Shown one piece after another: positions 1-11,938 of a stretch of DNA of 62,125 bases. The position numbers and the translations under genes are program-made. Origin of the DNA: Verrucomicrobiia bacterium (lineage in GTDB: Bacteria > Verrucomicrobiota > Verrucomicrobiia > Limisphaerales > JAYPXF01); contig JADHOF010000002.1 in assembly GCA_016779125.1 (NCBI GenBank), forward strand, positions 1 through 62,125. Reading direction: 5' to 3'. Each line of letters opens with the position of its first letter. Position 1 is the stretch's first letter. The notes below the pieces were generated by a model. The model saw only the letters and a program-made list of their open reading frames with translations, was not told where the DNA came from and ran no database searches.

Positions 1-1612
<1,612 letters not shown>

Positions 1613-1818
1613 TTGATGGTGTGTGATACTAGATGAATTTGCGTTTTTAGGTGGAAAAACCGCAAAAATGAGCCGGGAATCTAGCAACCAAAAGTTCAGT
1701 GTCAACGGCCGACTTCAGGATACGCCCGGTATTCCTCTCCAATTCGCGCCGGCCAAAATACGCTGGCATTCGAACGTGGCTCGGGTAGCTTGCCAACCAC
1801 TTTTCCAAAGCACGAGGT

Positions 1819-4770
1819 ATGCTGAAATTTAACGCAAAGCAGAAGGTCAGTCCGCAGCGGCGCGCCGCCGAAGAGCTCCTCCAGAGTCTGAAGCCCACGA
1901 TCGAAACCGAGACAGGGCGGGGCAATATCACGATCAACCACTTTCTCCAGGCGCGACAGACCCAGAACGAAGCCGACTTTTATCCATCCGACCAACCCGG
2001 CACGGGCTTCTACACGGTGGAAAACGTGGTCGCGACAGGCGGCATGGGGGCGATTCTCCAAGCCTTCGACAACAACCTTCAGCGCACCGTCGCGCTGAAG
2101 GTCATGCTCAACAGCTTGGATGCCCCGGAATCGGCGATCTACAGCTTCGTGGCCGAGGCTCAGATCACCGGCCAGCTGGAACATCCGAACATCGTTCCGC
2201 TTCACGACATCGGAGTCACCGCCGACGGCACCATCTACTACACGATGAAGCTGATCTCCGGCCGGACACTCCGTGAGATTCTGCGCGAGATCCGGGATGG
2301 CAACGCGGAGACGATCGAACGCTTTCCCATTTCCCGGCTTCTCACCATTTTCCAGAAAATCTGCGACGGAATTGCCTACGCTCACTCGATGAACGTGGTT
2401 CACCGCGATCTGAAACCCGACAACATCATGGTCGGGGAATTCGGTGAAGTGCTCATTCTCGACTGGGGTCTGGCGAAGGTTCTCTCCGCCGACGGAGACG
2501 CCCACGAAGCCGCGACCGAAGGATCTGAATTCGATGGTGGACTGCCGACGGACGGCACGTTCGGCACCCTGGACGGGCAGGTCAAGGGCACGCCTAACTA
2601 CATGGCCCCAGAGCAAGCCGAGGGCCGGGTCTCGGACATCGACAATCGGACCGATATCTACGCGCTCGGCGGCATCATGTATGCCACGCTGACGCTCCAC
2701 CCGCCCATCACCGGAGCCAATCTCGACGAGATCTTAACCCGGGTGACCAGCAGTCAGATCATCCCCCCCTTGGACTACAACCGGGCGGCCGTGGAGAATC
2801 CGACCGGACTACCCGCGCCGCACTGCCCAGAAGGCAAGATTCCATCCGCCCTGTCCGCCGTGGCAATGAAGTGCATGGCCTACGACATGGACTCGCGCTA
2901 CATGTTCGTCGAAGCCCTCCAAGGCGATATCGCCCTCTATCAGGGCGGCTACGCAACAGGAGCCGAGGACGCGGGCTTTTTCAAACAGCTCAAGCTGCTT
3001 CTCACCCGGAACAAGAAAGAGGTCTTCTTCGCCATCCTCGTTTTGGCGGCAATCGTGTTTACGGCGTTGTCGTTCATCGGCGCTGTGCAACTCAAGGCAA
3101 GGGAGGCAGCCAAAGCACAAGAGCTGGCCGAGGCCAAAATCGAGGAACTTCGAAAAAGCGCCCCGGCATTTCTCGACGTGGGACAGACCTTGATCAATGA
3201 GGGCGATTTCGAAGGAGCCATCGAAAGACTCAACTATGCCATCGAGTTGGACGACGAGGACAGCCGCTTCTACAAGGCCCGGGGCGACGCCTACCAGGCG
3301 ATGATGAAAATCCCGCAAGCCTACGCGGAATACAAGGAGGCGAGCGACCGGGAGGCAAAAGGCATCACGGGATCCGCGCTGGCCCAGTTCAAGAAGGATC
3401 TGTCAGCGAGTCAATCGGTTTGCGGCGCGGTGGGCGGCACGAAAGACAAGGAGCTCACGGACGATGATCTTCGCAGCCTGATGCTGAGCATGCGGAATCA
3501 GAATCGCAGCAGCGCCGCCTTTGCCATTGGCAAGGTCTTGGCGAAACGCGACCTCAAGCTGCTGGATGAAACACGAGTAGCCCTCTTCGAGCGTGCCGGC
3601 CTCGTTGGCACCTTGGTGCGCGATGACGTGGACGGCCTGTTCCACCTCGACCTGACCGCGACCGCAGGCGGGAGCATCGCCGCCCTGAACTCGATGCTGC
3701 TGAAAACTCTGGATCTTTCCGGCTGCACGAATGTCGCGGACATCTCGCCATTGAAGGACGCACCAATCGTCGAGTTGAATCTGAGCGGAACGGACGTCAA
3801 CGACCTCTCCGTCATCAAAACCCTCAAGTCCCTGACCAAGCTGGATCTTTCCAACTGCAAGCTCCTCACCGACCTCTCCCCGCTGCAAGGAATCACCAAC
3901 ATCACCTGGCTCAACATCAGCGGTTCGAGTGTCGATTCGCTCGACACCATCGCGCAAATGCCACTCAGGCATCTGGACATTTCCAACACCTCGCTGCGAG
4001 ATCTCAAGGCCCTCACCTCGACGAAATCGCTCCAGTGGCTGAATCTCGACAATTCGCGTGTCACGGACATTGAGGCGCTTGAAGGACATCCCATCGCCTA
4101 TTTCAGCGCGGAGAACACGAAAATTCGAAAGATCGACGCGTTGAAGACGGCCGCCCCCCTCACGGAGAGTCTGAACCTAGCTCGAACATTTGTGCGCGAC
4201 CTCTCGCCGATCCAAGGCAAACGAATCCCGCAGATCAACTTTTTCAAGTGCCGAATGGACGACATCAGCGCCTTGGCGAACATGCCGCTGTCCTTCTTGG
4301 ATTTGCGTGAAGCGCCTGTCTCTGACATCAGCGTCCTGGAAGGCATGCCGTTGGATACCGCCCTTCTCCGGGACACCAAGATTAGTGACATCCAACCGCT
4401 GAAAGGCGCACCTCTCCGCGATGAACTGGATATTTCCGGCACCAAGGTGACTGATCTTTCTCCGATCGCAGGAGCGCCACTCAAATCGCTTCATCTGACT
4501 CGCTGCCCCATCGCGAGCCTGCAACCGATTGCTGGCATGCCCCTGCGCGTGCTTCGCGTGGACCAGACCCCAACCGATCCGGACTTGAATCCGGTTTGGG
4601 AATGTCAGGAGCTTGAATATCTGGCTGTCACCTTCCCGGGCAGGTTCATCCGCTCCCTTCGACAACTTCCAAACATCAAAAAGATGACCTATTCGCTTCC
4701 GAATGACGACTGGGAGAAGGACGCCAAATCGAAGGCTGCATTCTGGCGAGATTTCGATGCTCGAAACTAG
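1819..4770 (+). CDS. Hanks-type Ser/Thr protein kinase with one TM span, a TPR-like segment and a C-terminal leucine-rich-repeat domain
   Basis: 983-aa ORF. Kinase motifs HRDLKPDNIMV, DWGLAK (a DFG variant) and GTPNYMAPEQ. One hydrophobic span, FFAILVLAAIVFTALSFIGAV. The C-terminal third is a run of ~22-aa LxxLxLxxTxVxDLSPL repeats. Confidence 0.85.
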   Translation: MLKFNAKQKVSPQRRAAEELLQSLKPTIETETGRGNITINHFLQARQTQNEADFYPSDQPGTGFYTVENVVATGGMGAILQAFDNNLQRTVALKVMLNSLDAPESAIYSFVAEAQITGQLEHPNIVPLHDIGVTADGTIYYTMKLISGRTLREILREIRDGNAETIERFPISRLLTIFQKICDGIAYAHSMNVVHRDLKPDNIMVGEFGEVLILDWGLAKVLSADGDAHEAATEGSEFDGGLPTDGTFGTLDGQVKGTPNYMAPEQAEGRVSDIDNRTDIYALGGIMYATLTLHPPITGANLDEILTRVTSSQIIPPLDYNRAAVENPTGLPAPHCPEGKIPSALSAVAMKCMAYDMDSRYMFVEALQGDIALYQGGYATGAEDAGFFKQLKLLLTRNKKEVFFAILVLAAIVFTALSFIGAVQLKAREAAKAQELAEAKIEELRKSAPAFLDVGQTLINEGDFEGAIERLNYAIELDDEDSRFYKARGDAYQAMMKIPQAYAEYKEASDREAKGITGSALAQFKKDLSASQSVCGAVGGTKDKELTDDDLRSLMLSMRNQNRSSAAFAIGKVLAKRDLKLLDETRVALFERAGLVGTLVRDDVDGLFHLDLTATAGGSIAALNSMLLKTLDLSGCTNVADISPLKDAPIVELNLSGTDVNDLSVIKTLKSLTKLDLSNCKLLTDLSPLQGITNITWLNISGSSVDSLDTIAQMPLRHLDISNTSLRDLKALTSTKSLQWLNLDNSRVTDIEALEGHPIAYFSAENTKIRKIDALKTAAPLTESLNLARTFVRDLSPIQGKRIPQINFFKCRMDDISALANMPLSFLDLREAPVSDISVLEGMPLDTALLRDTKISDIQPLKGAPLRDELDISGTKVTDLSPIAGAPLKSLHLTRCPIASLQPIAGMPLRVLRVDQTPTDPDLNPVWECQELEYLAVTFPGRFIRSLRQLPNIKKMTYSLPNDDWEKDAKSKAAFWRDFDARN
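3699..4570 (+). repeat. tandem ~66-bp (22-codon) leucine-rich-repeat units inside the kinase gene, about 13-14 copies
   Basis: Repeated peptide units such as LKTLDLSGCTNVADISPLKDAP / IVELNLSGTDVNDLSVIKTLKS / LTKLDLSNCKLLTDLSPLQGITN ... LKSLHLTRCPIASLQPIAGMP. The boundaries are approximate. Confidence 0.75.
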
Positions 4771-4809
4771 GAAGTGCCCCAAAACCACCGCTTGAAGAAG
4801 CCGTGAGGG

Positions 4810-5730
4810 TCAGCCGGGATTGGGGAGCGCAGAATAAAAGGCGTGCTCGCCTTGGAATCCCTTCAACGCGTGCGCTCCCGCGTCGAAAATCTCAACGTAT
4901 TCTTGAAGAAGCTGGGCAGCCGGCTGGCTGAACAGGCAGAACTGGTTCAACCCGCCGCACACCTTTTCCATTCGAAACGCAAAATTGACCTCGGGACCGA
5001 TCAGGTTGTCTTCACCCGCCGACACGGCGCTGTCGACCCGCACCTGACCGTAGTGCACCACGACACGAAATTGCATGTCCTGTCCATTCTGCAGCTCGCG
5101 CAACTCCAGCAACGCCTGAGAAATCGTTTCGGCCGGCGTGATGTCCAACGGCCAAAAAGCGAGGAAGCCGTCGCCCAGATACTTGTTAATGAACCCCTTG
5201 TTCCGCTCAATGATCTGTTTGCAGGCAAGAATCCACTTGCCCACCATCTGGGCCATCTCGTCCTGCCCCATCTGCTGACTCAGCTTGGTGAAGCCGACGA
5301 TGTCGGCCACCAACATCCAGCAGTCTCCGGACTTGGCGGTGTTGGAGGCCGCGATCGTGGCCATTGCTTCCCCGTCGTCAAAATCTTCGGAAGCGGACGC
5401 CTGACGAAAGGTAAGCAGCGTCGTTGAAATCTGAATTGTGTCCTCGTCCTTCAGCTGCATCGGCATCCGGATACGCTGACCGTTCAACAAGGAACCGTTT
5501 CGGCTCCCCAAATCGACGAGGTAATAGATCCCCTCCCCCTGCGCGTGAATCAGGGCGTGCCGCCTCGAAACCTCCTTGTCGTTGATCGCCAAGGTGTTTT
5601 CAGGCAGCCGACCGATCGAACAATTTCCCTGTAACGGGAATTGCTGACCCTCTTCTGTTTCAAGCCAATGTTCCATCCACTGGAATAATTCCTTCGCCGC
5701 CTCTCCCGCGACGGGCCGCGACTGTGGCAC
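4810..5730 (-). CDS. FHA domain fused to a class III adenylate/guanylate cyclase
   Basis: N-terminal FHA pattern: GRLPENTLAINDKEVSRRHALI..LVDLGSRNGSLLNGQRI. C-terminal cyclase pattern: LVADIVGFTKL..YLGDGFLAFW..GPEVNFAFRME. Confidence 0.85.
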   Translation of the reverse strand: MPQSRPVAGEAAKELFQWMEHWLETEEGQQFPLQGNCSIGRLPENTLAINDKEVSRRHALIHAQGEGIYYLVDLGSRNGSLLNGQRIRMPMQLKDEDTIQISTTLLTFRQASASEDFDDGEAMATIAASNTAKSGDCWMLVADIVGFTKLSQQMGQDEMAQMVGKWILACKQIIERNKGFINKYLGDGFLAFWPLDITPAETISQALLELRELQNGQDMQFRVVVHYGQVRVDSAVSAGEDNLIGPEVNFAFRMEKVCGGLNQFCLFSQPAAQLLQEYVEIFDAGAHALKGFQGEHAFYSALPNPG

Positions 5731-5763
5731 ATCGCCCCCGGCATGACAGCAATTTTTTGAGAA

Positions 5764-7938
5764 TCAAACCCGGAGAAATGGAGCGATGACGAGCGCCACC
5801 ACCGACATCAATTTCAGCAGGATGTTCAGCGACGGACCGGAGGTGTCCTTGAAGGGATCACCCACCGTGTCCCCCACCACGGCAGCCTTGTGGGCGTCCG
5901 AACCCTTTCCATATCTCACACCGTTCAATTCAATCCCTTCTTCGAACATCTTCTTCGCGTTGTCCCAAGCCCCACCTGCGTTGGCCTGAAAAAGTGCGAG
6001 CAAAACTCCGGAAACGGTCACCCCTCCCAACAACCCGCCCAAGGCCTCGGCCCCGTTCATGCCCGCATATCGAAAGCCGATCCCGATCACGACCGGCGTC
6101 GCCACCGCGAGCAAACCGGGCAGCACCATTTCCCGAATCGCCGCTTCGGTGGAGATCGCCACGCAGCGACCGTACTGGGCCGCGCCATCGGCGGCATCGA
6201 AAGTCTCGCGATCGGCTGCCGACCATTCGGATTCCTCCTTGCCTTCGTTGGCCCTCATCACCTGCAACGCGTTCTTCAAGGCCGGAATTTCGGCAAATTG
6301 CCGGCGCACCTCTTCAATCATCGACATCGCGGCGCGCCCCACCGCATCCATCGCCATCGCGGAAAAAAGGAAAGGCAGCATCGCGCCGACAAAGAGCGTG
6401 GCCATCACGTAGGATTTCGAAATGTCGATCGACGAAATCCCCGCTGCGGCCATGTAGGCGCTGAAAAGAGCCAGCGCGGTCAAGGCCGCCGAGCCGATCG
6501 CGAAGCCTTTCCCAATCGCGGCCGTCGTGTTACCGACCGCATCCAGCTTGTCCGTTCTCCTCCGAACCTCCTTTTCCAACCCGGCCATTTCCGCGATCCC
6601 ACCGGCATTGTCCGAAATGGGACCGTAGGCGTCCACCGCAAGCTGTATTCCGGTGTTGGCCAGCATCCCCACGGCCGCGATCGCGATCCCGTATAGTCCG
6701 GCCATATGGTAGGCCCCGATAATCGCCGCCGCGATCATCAGGATCGGCAGCGCGGTCGAGCGCATGCCGACCCCGAGCCCGGCGATGATATTGGTGGCCG
6801 TCCCGGTCAGCGACTGGCGGGCGATCTTCCATACCGGGGGTTTGTGCGTCCCCGTGTAGTATTCAGTAACCACCCCAATCGCAACGCCGGCCGCCAAGCC
6901 GAAGATTGTGGCCCAAAACACCCCGGTCGCCGTGGCCCGATGCCCCGCCAAGGTCCACTCAGCCGGCATCACCGCGTGGATGATAAACCACGACGCGACC
7001 AGCATCAGGCCCGCCGCGACAAACTCTCCCATGTTCAGTCCCGTCTGCGGATTCCCTCCCTCTTTCACCCGAACGAAAAAGGTGCCGATGATGGACACAA
7101 TGATTCCGGCTGAGGCGAGAAACAACGGCAGCAACACCGCGCCGATTCCGTCGAACTTGCCTTGGAATTCTGGCAAACCCACCAAAGCCGACCCCAGCAC
7201 CATGGTCGCAAGGATTGATCCGACGTAGGATTCGAACAAGTCGGCCCCCATTCCGGCCACGTCCCCCACGTTGTCGCCGACATTGTCCGCGATCGTCGCC
7301 GGATTAAGAGGGTGGTCCTCTGGAATTCCAGCCTCGACCTTGCCGACAAGATCCGCCCCCACATCGGCGGCTTTCGTGTAGATGCCACCGCCGACGCGGG
7401 CGAACAAAGCGATGGAAGAGGCACCGAAGGAGAAACCCGTCAGCACCGTCAGCACCTTGTCCAAAGGCCAACCCGTCGCTCGATAGCAGATAAACAGGCC
7501 TCCCAGACCGACCAAGCCGAGCCCGACCACGCCCATGCCCATGCAGGAGCCACCGGCAAACGCGACCTCCAAGCCCTTCGCCAAACCGGACCGCGCGGCG
7601 TTCGTAGTCCGCACGTTCGCCCGGGTCGCCACCCGCATCCCGACGAATCCGGCAAGAGCCGAGCAGAACGCGCCGGCGACAAAGGAAAGTGCGACAAGTG
7701 AACTTGAATTCGCGGCGCTCCCCCCCTGCCATGCCAGCAAGACTCCAATCGCGGCGACAAATATCGCGAGCACACGATACTCCGCCTTCAAAAAGGCCAT
7801 CGCCCCCTCTGCGATATAGCCGGCGATCCGCTTCATTCGATCCGTTCCGGGATCTTGACGTGCAACCCAGCGGGCGCGCTGAAAAGTGAAGACGAGGGCG
7901 AGGAGACCAACAACCGGTACAAGAAGTAGAATACTCAT
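5764..7938 (-). CDS. hppA: membrane-bound ion-translocating pyrophosphatase (K+-dependent-type signature)
   Basis: Track ORF 5764-8184 trimmed to the ATG at 7938 ([16 protein letters not shown]..), which removes the overlap with the gene at 8001-8369. Motifs [56 protein letters not shown] and [16 protein letters not shown]. Polytopic. Confidence 0.92.
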   Translation of the reverse strand: MSILLLVPVVGLLALVFTFQRARWVARQDPGTDRMKRIAGYIAEGAMAFLKAEYRVLAIFVAAIGVLLAWQGGSAANSSSLVALSFVAGAFCSALAGFVGMRVATRANVRTTNAARSGLAKGLEVAFAGGSCMGMGVVGLGLVGLGGLFICYRATGWPLDKVLTVLTGFSFGASSIALFARVGGGIYTKAADVGADLVGKVEAGIPEDHPLNPATIADNVGDNVGDVAGMGADLFESYVGSILATMVLGSALVGLPEFQGKFDGIGAVLLPLFLASAGIIVSIIGTFFVRVKEGGNPQTGLNMGEFVAAGLMLVASWFIIHAVMPAEWTLAGHRATATGVFWATIFGLAAGVAIGVVTEYYTGTHKPPVWKIARQSLTGTATNIIAGLGVGMRSTALPILMIAAAIIGAYHMAGLYGIAIAAVGMLANTGIQLAVDAYGPISDNAGGIAEMAGLEKEVRRRTDKLDAVGNTTAAIGKGFAIGSAALTALALFSAYMAAAGISSIDISKSYVMATLFVGAMLPFLFSAMAMDAVGRAAMSMIEEVRRQFAEIPALKNALQVMRANEGKEESEWSAADRETFDAADGAAQYGRCVAISTEAAIREMVLPGLLAVATPVVIGIGFRYAGMNGAEALGGLLGGVTVSGVLLALFQANAGGAWDNAKKMFEEGIELNGVRYGKGSDAHKAAVVGDTVGDPFKDTSGPSLNILLKLMSVVALVIAPFLRV

Positions 7939-8000
7939 ATGGTGACTTTCCACCCACCACGCTAGACCCGTTTCGGCACGGGAAAAAGCCGAATCAAGGC

Positions 8001-8369
8001 CTACTTCCAGATGGGATTCGGCGAGTAAAGCGGGGAGGCCCAAGGCGTCGATTTGCCCTGATTCAGCCCGCGGTCCTCCGGGCGTTGAGCCACTTCGAGG
8101 TAGTCCAGAATCATCTTGCGAATCGCGTCCGGCAAAGGCCACATCCCGTTCTTCTGTTGCATCGTGCTGATGGTGGCATCCCACTCGGCGCGACTGAGAT
8201 GATTCGCCGCGATAATGGCGGTCGAATGACAGGGAATGCAGTTCGCCTCCACCAGCGCCTTGGCCGGAGCGTCCTTCAATCTTTCAATCGCGGAGACGTT
8301 CGGCAAAGGCTCGGCGGCCACCAGCGAGCCAACGAAAATCGTCGCCAAAAGAAAAAGCGCAGTCTTCAT
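8001..8369 (-). CDS. small exported c-type cytochrome-like protein (single CxxCH)
   Basis: Signal-peptide-like N-terminus [19 protein letters not shown] and heme-binding motif CIPCH. Its start overlaps the upstream stop as ATGA (8366-8369). Confidence 0.55.
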   Translation of the reverse strand: MKTALFLLATIFVGSLVAAEPLPNVSAIERLKDAPAKALVEANCIPCHSTAIIAANHLSRAEWDATISTMQQKNGMWPLPDAIRKMILDYLEVAQRPEDRGLNQGKSTPWASPLYSPNPIWK

Positions 8370-9103
8370 TTCTCAAGTTCCCGATCAAAAGTAAGCGTGG
8401 TCTTGGAGTCCGCCCTAAGGTCCCACATCACGATTTCGCGCAATCGATACTTGCCGTCCACTTTCATCAGGCTCTTCGGTTCGAAACGTTTCCAAAGTCG
8501 TCCCTGATGATCATAAGCTTCGGCCGACACAAGCGCCATCGAGTCCTTGTCCACCCAGGACACGACTCTTGAGTAGGAGCCGGGGCGGGGAAACGAATTG
8601 ACGCTTTCGAGAATATGACAGCTCTGCGTCTTTTTGATGCCGCTGCCGATCACTCGCTGCACAGGCCATTGCAAAAACTCCAAACCGAGGTCGAACAGCC
8701 AAAAATCCGATCCGGCAAACGGAACCAGTGAACTGCGCAGCTCGCGCTGCCCCGTGAGATTCACTGAATCGTAGATCCCCGTCGGCGGCAGGCTTCGATA
8801 GGCGTTCGGGCCGTCATGCGAATGGGAGATGACCAGCGTCGATGACGTGGCCGTGCCGTAGACATTGTGCCAATGCTCTCCTTCCAAAATCGTCTTGAGG
8901 TACACCGGAACGCGATGCCGCGCCTCCCGGCGGATTTCCATCACGCCGGTGTTGGTGAAGCTGTGGGCAGGCCGCATGTCGCGCATCTGTCGAACCAACT
9001 GCTGCCCCTCGACATCGGGTGACGCGCCAGAAAGTCGCTCGCCGGCAATCACGGTCAGGATGAATGTCAAAAGTACGCGTTTCACGGTAGGTGGATAATT
9101 CAT
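8366..9103 (-). CDS. LolA-like outer-membrane lipoprotein-sorting family protein
   Basis: Signal peptide. The architecture resembles LolA_like proteins (..FAGSDFWLFDLGLEF.., CHILESV..YSRVVSWVDKDSMALVSAEAYDHQGRLWKRF..DGKYRLREIVMWDLRADSKTTLTF). Its start overlaps the lon stop as ATGA (9100-9103). Confidence 0.55.
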   Translation of the reverse strand: MNYPPTVKRVLLTFILTVIAGERLSGASPDVEGQQLVRQMRDMRPAHSFTNTGVMEIRREARHRVPVYLKTILEGEHWHNVYGTATSSTLVISHSHDGPNAYRSLPPTGIYDSVNLTGQRELRSSLVPFAGSDFWLFDLGLEFLQWPVQRVIGSGIKKTQSCHILESVNSFPRPGSYSRVVSWVDKDSMALVSAEAYDHQGRLWKRFEPKSLMKVDGKYRLREIVMWDLRADSKTTLTFDRELEK

Positions 9104-11505
9104 AATCTCTTGGACGTCAGAGCCAGCGGCAGCAATTGAGAAATATGTTTCACAAAGTGGGGTGTCATCTCATCCCGCACGGCATCCGGCACGTCGGCCC
9201 AGTCCTTGCGGTTGCGTTCCGGCAAAATGACCTCCGTGATTCCAGCGCGCGCGGCGGCGAGCACCTTTTCCTTGATCCCCCCGACCGGAAGCACCCGGCC
9301 GCGAAGACTGATTTCACCGGTCATCGCCAGATTCGAGCGGACCAGCCGCCTCGAAAACAGCGACGCGAGCGCGCAAAGGATCGTTACTCCCGCACTCGGG
9401 CCATCCTTGGGCGTGGCACCGGACGGCACGTGAATGTGGAGGTCAAAGCTGTCAAAATCGTCAAGGTCGAGTTTCAAGGACCGCGCCTGGCTGCGCAGGT
9501 AACTAAGCCCCGCCTGCGCGCTTTCCTTCATGACCTCACCCAGCGAGCCGGTGAGAATCAGTCGCCCTTTGCCCGGCATACGCGTGGCCTCCACGAACAG
9601 GATCTCACCGCCGACGGGCGTCCACGCCAGACCGGTCACAATCCCGAACTCCGAAATCTTTTCGGCGGATTCCGAGACGAATTTAACCGGCCCAAGCCAT
9701 TCCTGAACCGTCTTCGAGCCAATGTTGATCAGCTTGGGCTTCCGTTTTGATGAAACGATGCGGCGGGCGGACTTTCGGATCAGCGACGCGATCTCGCGCT
9801 CCAGATTGCGCACGCCCGCCTCCCGCGTATAGCCCGTGATCAGTTTTCGCAACGCCGCGTCAGCCAGCTTCACCTGCCGGGCCCGAACGCCGTGTTCTTC
9901 CAGCTGGCGCGGAACAAGATGCCGCTTCGCGATCTCGAGTTTTTCATCCGCCGTGTAGCTGGGAAGCTCGATAACCTCCAGCCGGTCCCGCAACGCCGGC
10001 ATGATCGGATCAAGCCAATTGGCCGTCGTGAAAAAAAGCACCCGCGACAGGTCAAAGGGAACATCCAGGTAATTGTCCGTAAAGGTGCGGTTCTGCTCGG
10101 GATCCAACACCTCCAGCAACGCCGCGCCCGGATCCCCACGAAAGTCCGAGCTGAGCTTGTCAATCTCGTCGAGCAGGATCACCGGATTATTGCTCTCCAC
10201 CCGCCGCAGGGTTTGGATGATGCGCCCGGGCATCGCACCGACATAGGTGCGTCGGTGCCCGCGAATCTCGGCCTCGTCCCTCATGCCACCCAAGGCGATC
10301 CTCGCAAATTTTCGCCCCAGCGCGTCCGCCACACTCTTCCCGAGCGACGTCTTGCCCACGCCCGGCGGGCCGGCAAGACACAAGATCGGTCCCTTCAACT
10401 CCTGCTTCAGCTTGATGACGGCGAGAAACTCCAGCAGACGGTCCTTTACCTTGCTGAGTCCGTAATGGTGTTCATCCAGCAACAGACCGGCCTCGTCCAA
10501 ATCAAACTTGTCTTCCGTCGAACGGTCCCACGGCAGGCTGACGAGCCAATCCAGATAATTTCGGGAAATGGTGTACTCGGCGACGTTTGGCGGGGTCTGC
10601 GCCAGACGATCCAGCTCCTTGAGCGCGACTTGAAGAACGTCGTCAGGCAGTTTTATCTCATCGACCCGATCCCGCAACGCGTTGACTTCGGCCACGGACG
10701 GATCTTCCTCGCCAAGCTCGCGCTGGATGGCCCGCAACTGCTCGCGCAGATAGAAGTCCCGCTGACTCTTGGCCATGGATGAGGAGACTTCCTTCTGAAT
10801 CTTCGAGCCCAGCATCAGCACCTCGAGTTCCCGGTGCAGCATGGGCATCAGAGCGTTCAAACGGTCTTTCGCGGGCACAGTCTCCAGCATCGCCTGCCGC
10901 TCGTTCAACTCCATGTTCAGGTTCGCCGCGATCAGGTCGGCGAGCTTGCCCGGTTTTTCCTGATTCAAGGCCGAAACTTTCACCTGCTCGTTCAAAGCCG
11001 GCGAGAGCGATACGATCTCCTGAAAGAGCTGCTGCGCGTTTCGCGAGATGGCCTCCAACTCGATCGAATCCTCACCCGAATCCGCGACCACCTCGACCCG
11101 CGCCTTGAGGTAGGGCTCCCGTTGCACGAATTCCGACACTCGGATCCGTTTCAACCCGTCCACAAGAATCCGAACCGAATTGTCAGGAAACTTGAGCATC
11201 TTGACGATCCGGCAGACACAGCCGATGTCATAAAGCTCGTCCGGTCCCGGATCTTCAGTATCCGCTTTGGTTTGCAGCACCAGTCCGACAAACCGATCCC
11301 CGCCCACCACATCGTCGACCAAACGAATGCTCGGCGTCGATTCGACCAGAAGGGGCGTGATCATCCCGGGAAAAATCACCACATCCGCCAAGCCCAATAT
11401 CGGTATCACGTCCGGCAACGGTTTCGGCCCCGCCCGCAGAAACGCCGTGTCGCCTCCTCCGGTGGCGTTAAGAATCTCAATGAATTCGGTATCCGTATCA
11501 GCCAT
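9100..11505 (-). CDS. lon: ATP-dependent Lon protease
   Basis: 801 aa. Walker A GPPGVGKTS, catalytic-serine motif PKDGPSAGVT, and a LonA-type N-terminal domain. Confidence 0.95.
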   Translation of the reverse strand: MADTDTEFIEILNATGGGDTAFLRAGPKPLPDVIPILGLADVVIFPGMITPLLVESTPSIRLVDDVVGGDRFVGLVLQTKADTEDPGPDELYDIGCVCRIVKMLKFPDNSVRILVDGLKRIRVSEFVQREPYLKARVEVVADSGEDSIELEAISRNAQQLFQEIVSLSPALNEQVKVSALNQEKPGKLADLIAANLNMELNERQAMLETVPAKDRLNALMPMLHRELEVLMLGSKIQKEVSSSMAKSQRDFYLREQLRAIQRELGEEDPSVAEVNALRDRVDEIKLPDDVLQVALKELDRLAQTPPNVAEYTISRNYLDWLVSLPWDRSTEDKFDLDEAGLLLDEHHYGLSKVKDRLLEFLAVIKLKQELKGPILCLAGPPGVGKTSLGKSVADALGRKFARIALGGMRDEAEIRGHRRTYVGAMPGRIIQTLRRVESNNPVILLDEIDKLSSDFRGDPGAALLEVLDPEQNRTFTDNYLDVPFDLSRVLFFTTANWLDPIMPALRDRLEVIELPSYTADEKLEIAKRHLVPRQLEEHGVRARQVKLADAALRKLITGYTREAGVRNLEREIASLIRKSARRIVSSKRKPKLINIGSKTVQEWLGPVKFVSESAEKISEFGIVTGLAWTPVGGEILFVEATRMPGKGRLILTGSLGEVMKESAQAGLSYLRSQARSLKLDLDDFDSFDLHIHVPSGATPKDGPSAGVTILCALASLFSRRLVRSNLAMTGEISLRGRVLPVGGIKEKVLAAARAGITEVILPERNRKDWADVPDAVRDEMTPHFVKHISQLLPLALTSKRL

Positions 11506-11559
11506 TCAATAAAATCGGTTCACCCCGTCCCTGCCCTCTTCCCCTTGAAAGACCCCGCC

Positions 11560-11919
11560 TCAAACCCCGCCTTCGGGCACCTCGATGCGTAAAAAACCAT
11601 TGTGATAGGCTGCCTTCGCCTTGGTGATGTCATATCCGGGCGGCACATCGACCGAGGTCGAAAATTCGCCGTAGTCAATCTCCATGACCTGAAACTTGGA
11701 ATCCGCCGGTCTCTGTTCATCGTGCCGAACACCGCTGATCGTCATTCGCCGTCCCTCCACCGTCAGATCCAGGTCCTCCTTGCTGATTCCGGCCAGCTCG
11801 ACCTTGATCACCACATACTTGGCGGTGACGTAGACATCCGTGTTGGGAACCCAGTGAGCCTCTTCACCCAACGCCGCCTCGCGCGTGATGAAACCGGTGT
11901 TTGAAATGCTTTTGGACAT
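11560..11919 (-). CDS. Hsp20/alpha-crystallin family small heat-shock protein
   Basis: 119 aa with an alpha-crystallin-domain pattern: VPNTDVYVTAKYVVIKVELAGISKEDLDLTVEGRRMTISG..FSTSVDVPPGYD..AAYHNGFLRIEVP. Confidence 0.9.
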   Translation of the reverse strand: MSKSISNTGFITREAALGEEAHWVPNTDVYVTAKYVVIKVELAGISKEDLDLTVEGRRMTISGVRHDEQRPADSKFQVMEIDYGEFSTSVDVPPGYDITKAKAAYHNGFLRIEVPEGGV

Positions 11920-11938
11920 GTCCGCGAGGAAGAAGGAT

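Noticed and set aside
7939-8184. 82-codon N-terminal extension of the pyrophosphatase ORF
   Set aside because: It would overlap the cytochrome-like gene (8001-8369). The extension has no hydrophobic character. The ATG at 7938 starts directly with the first TM helix, as in other membrane PPases.
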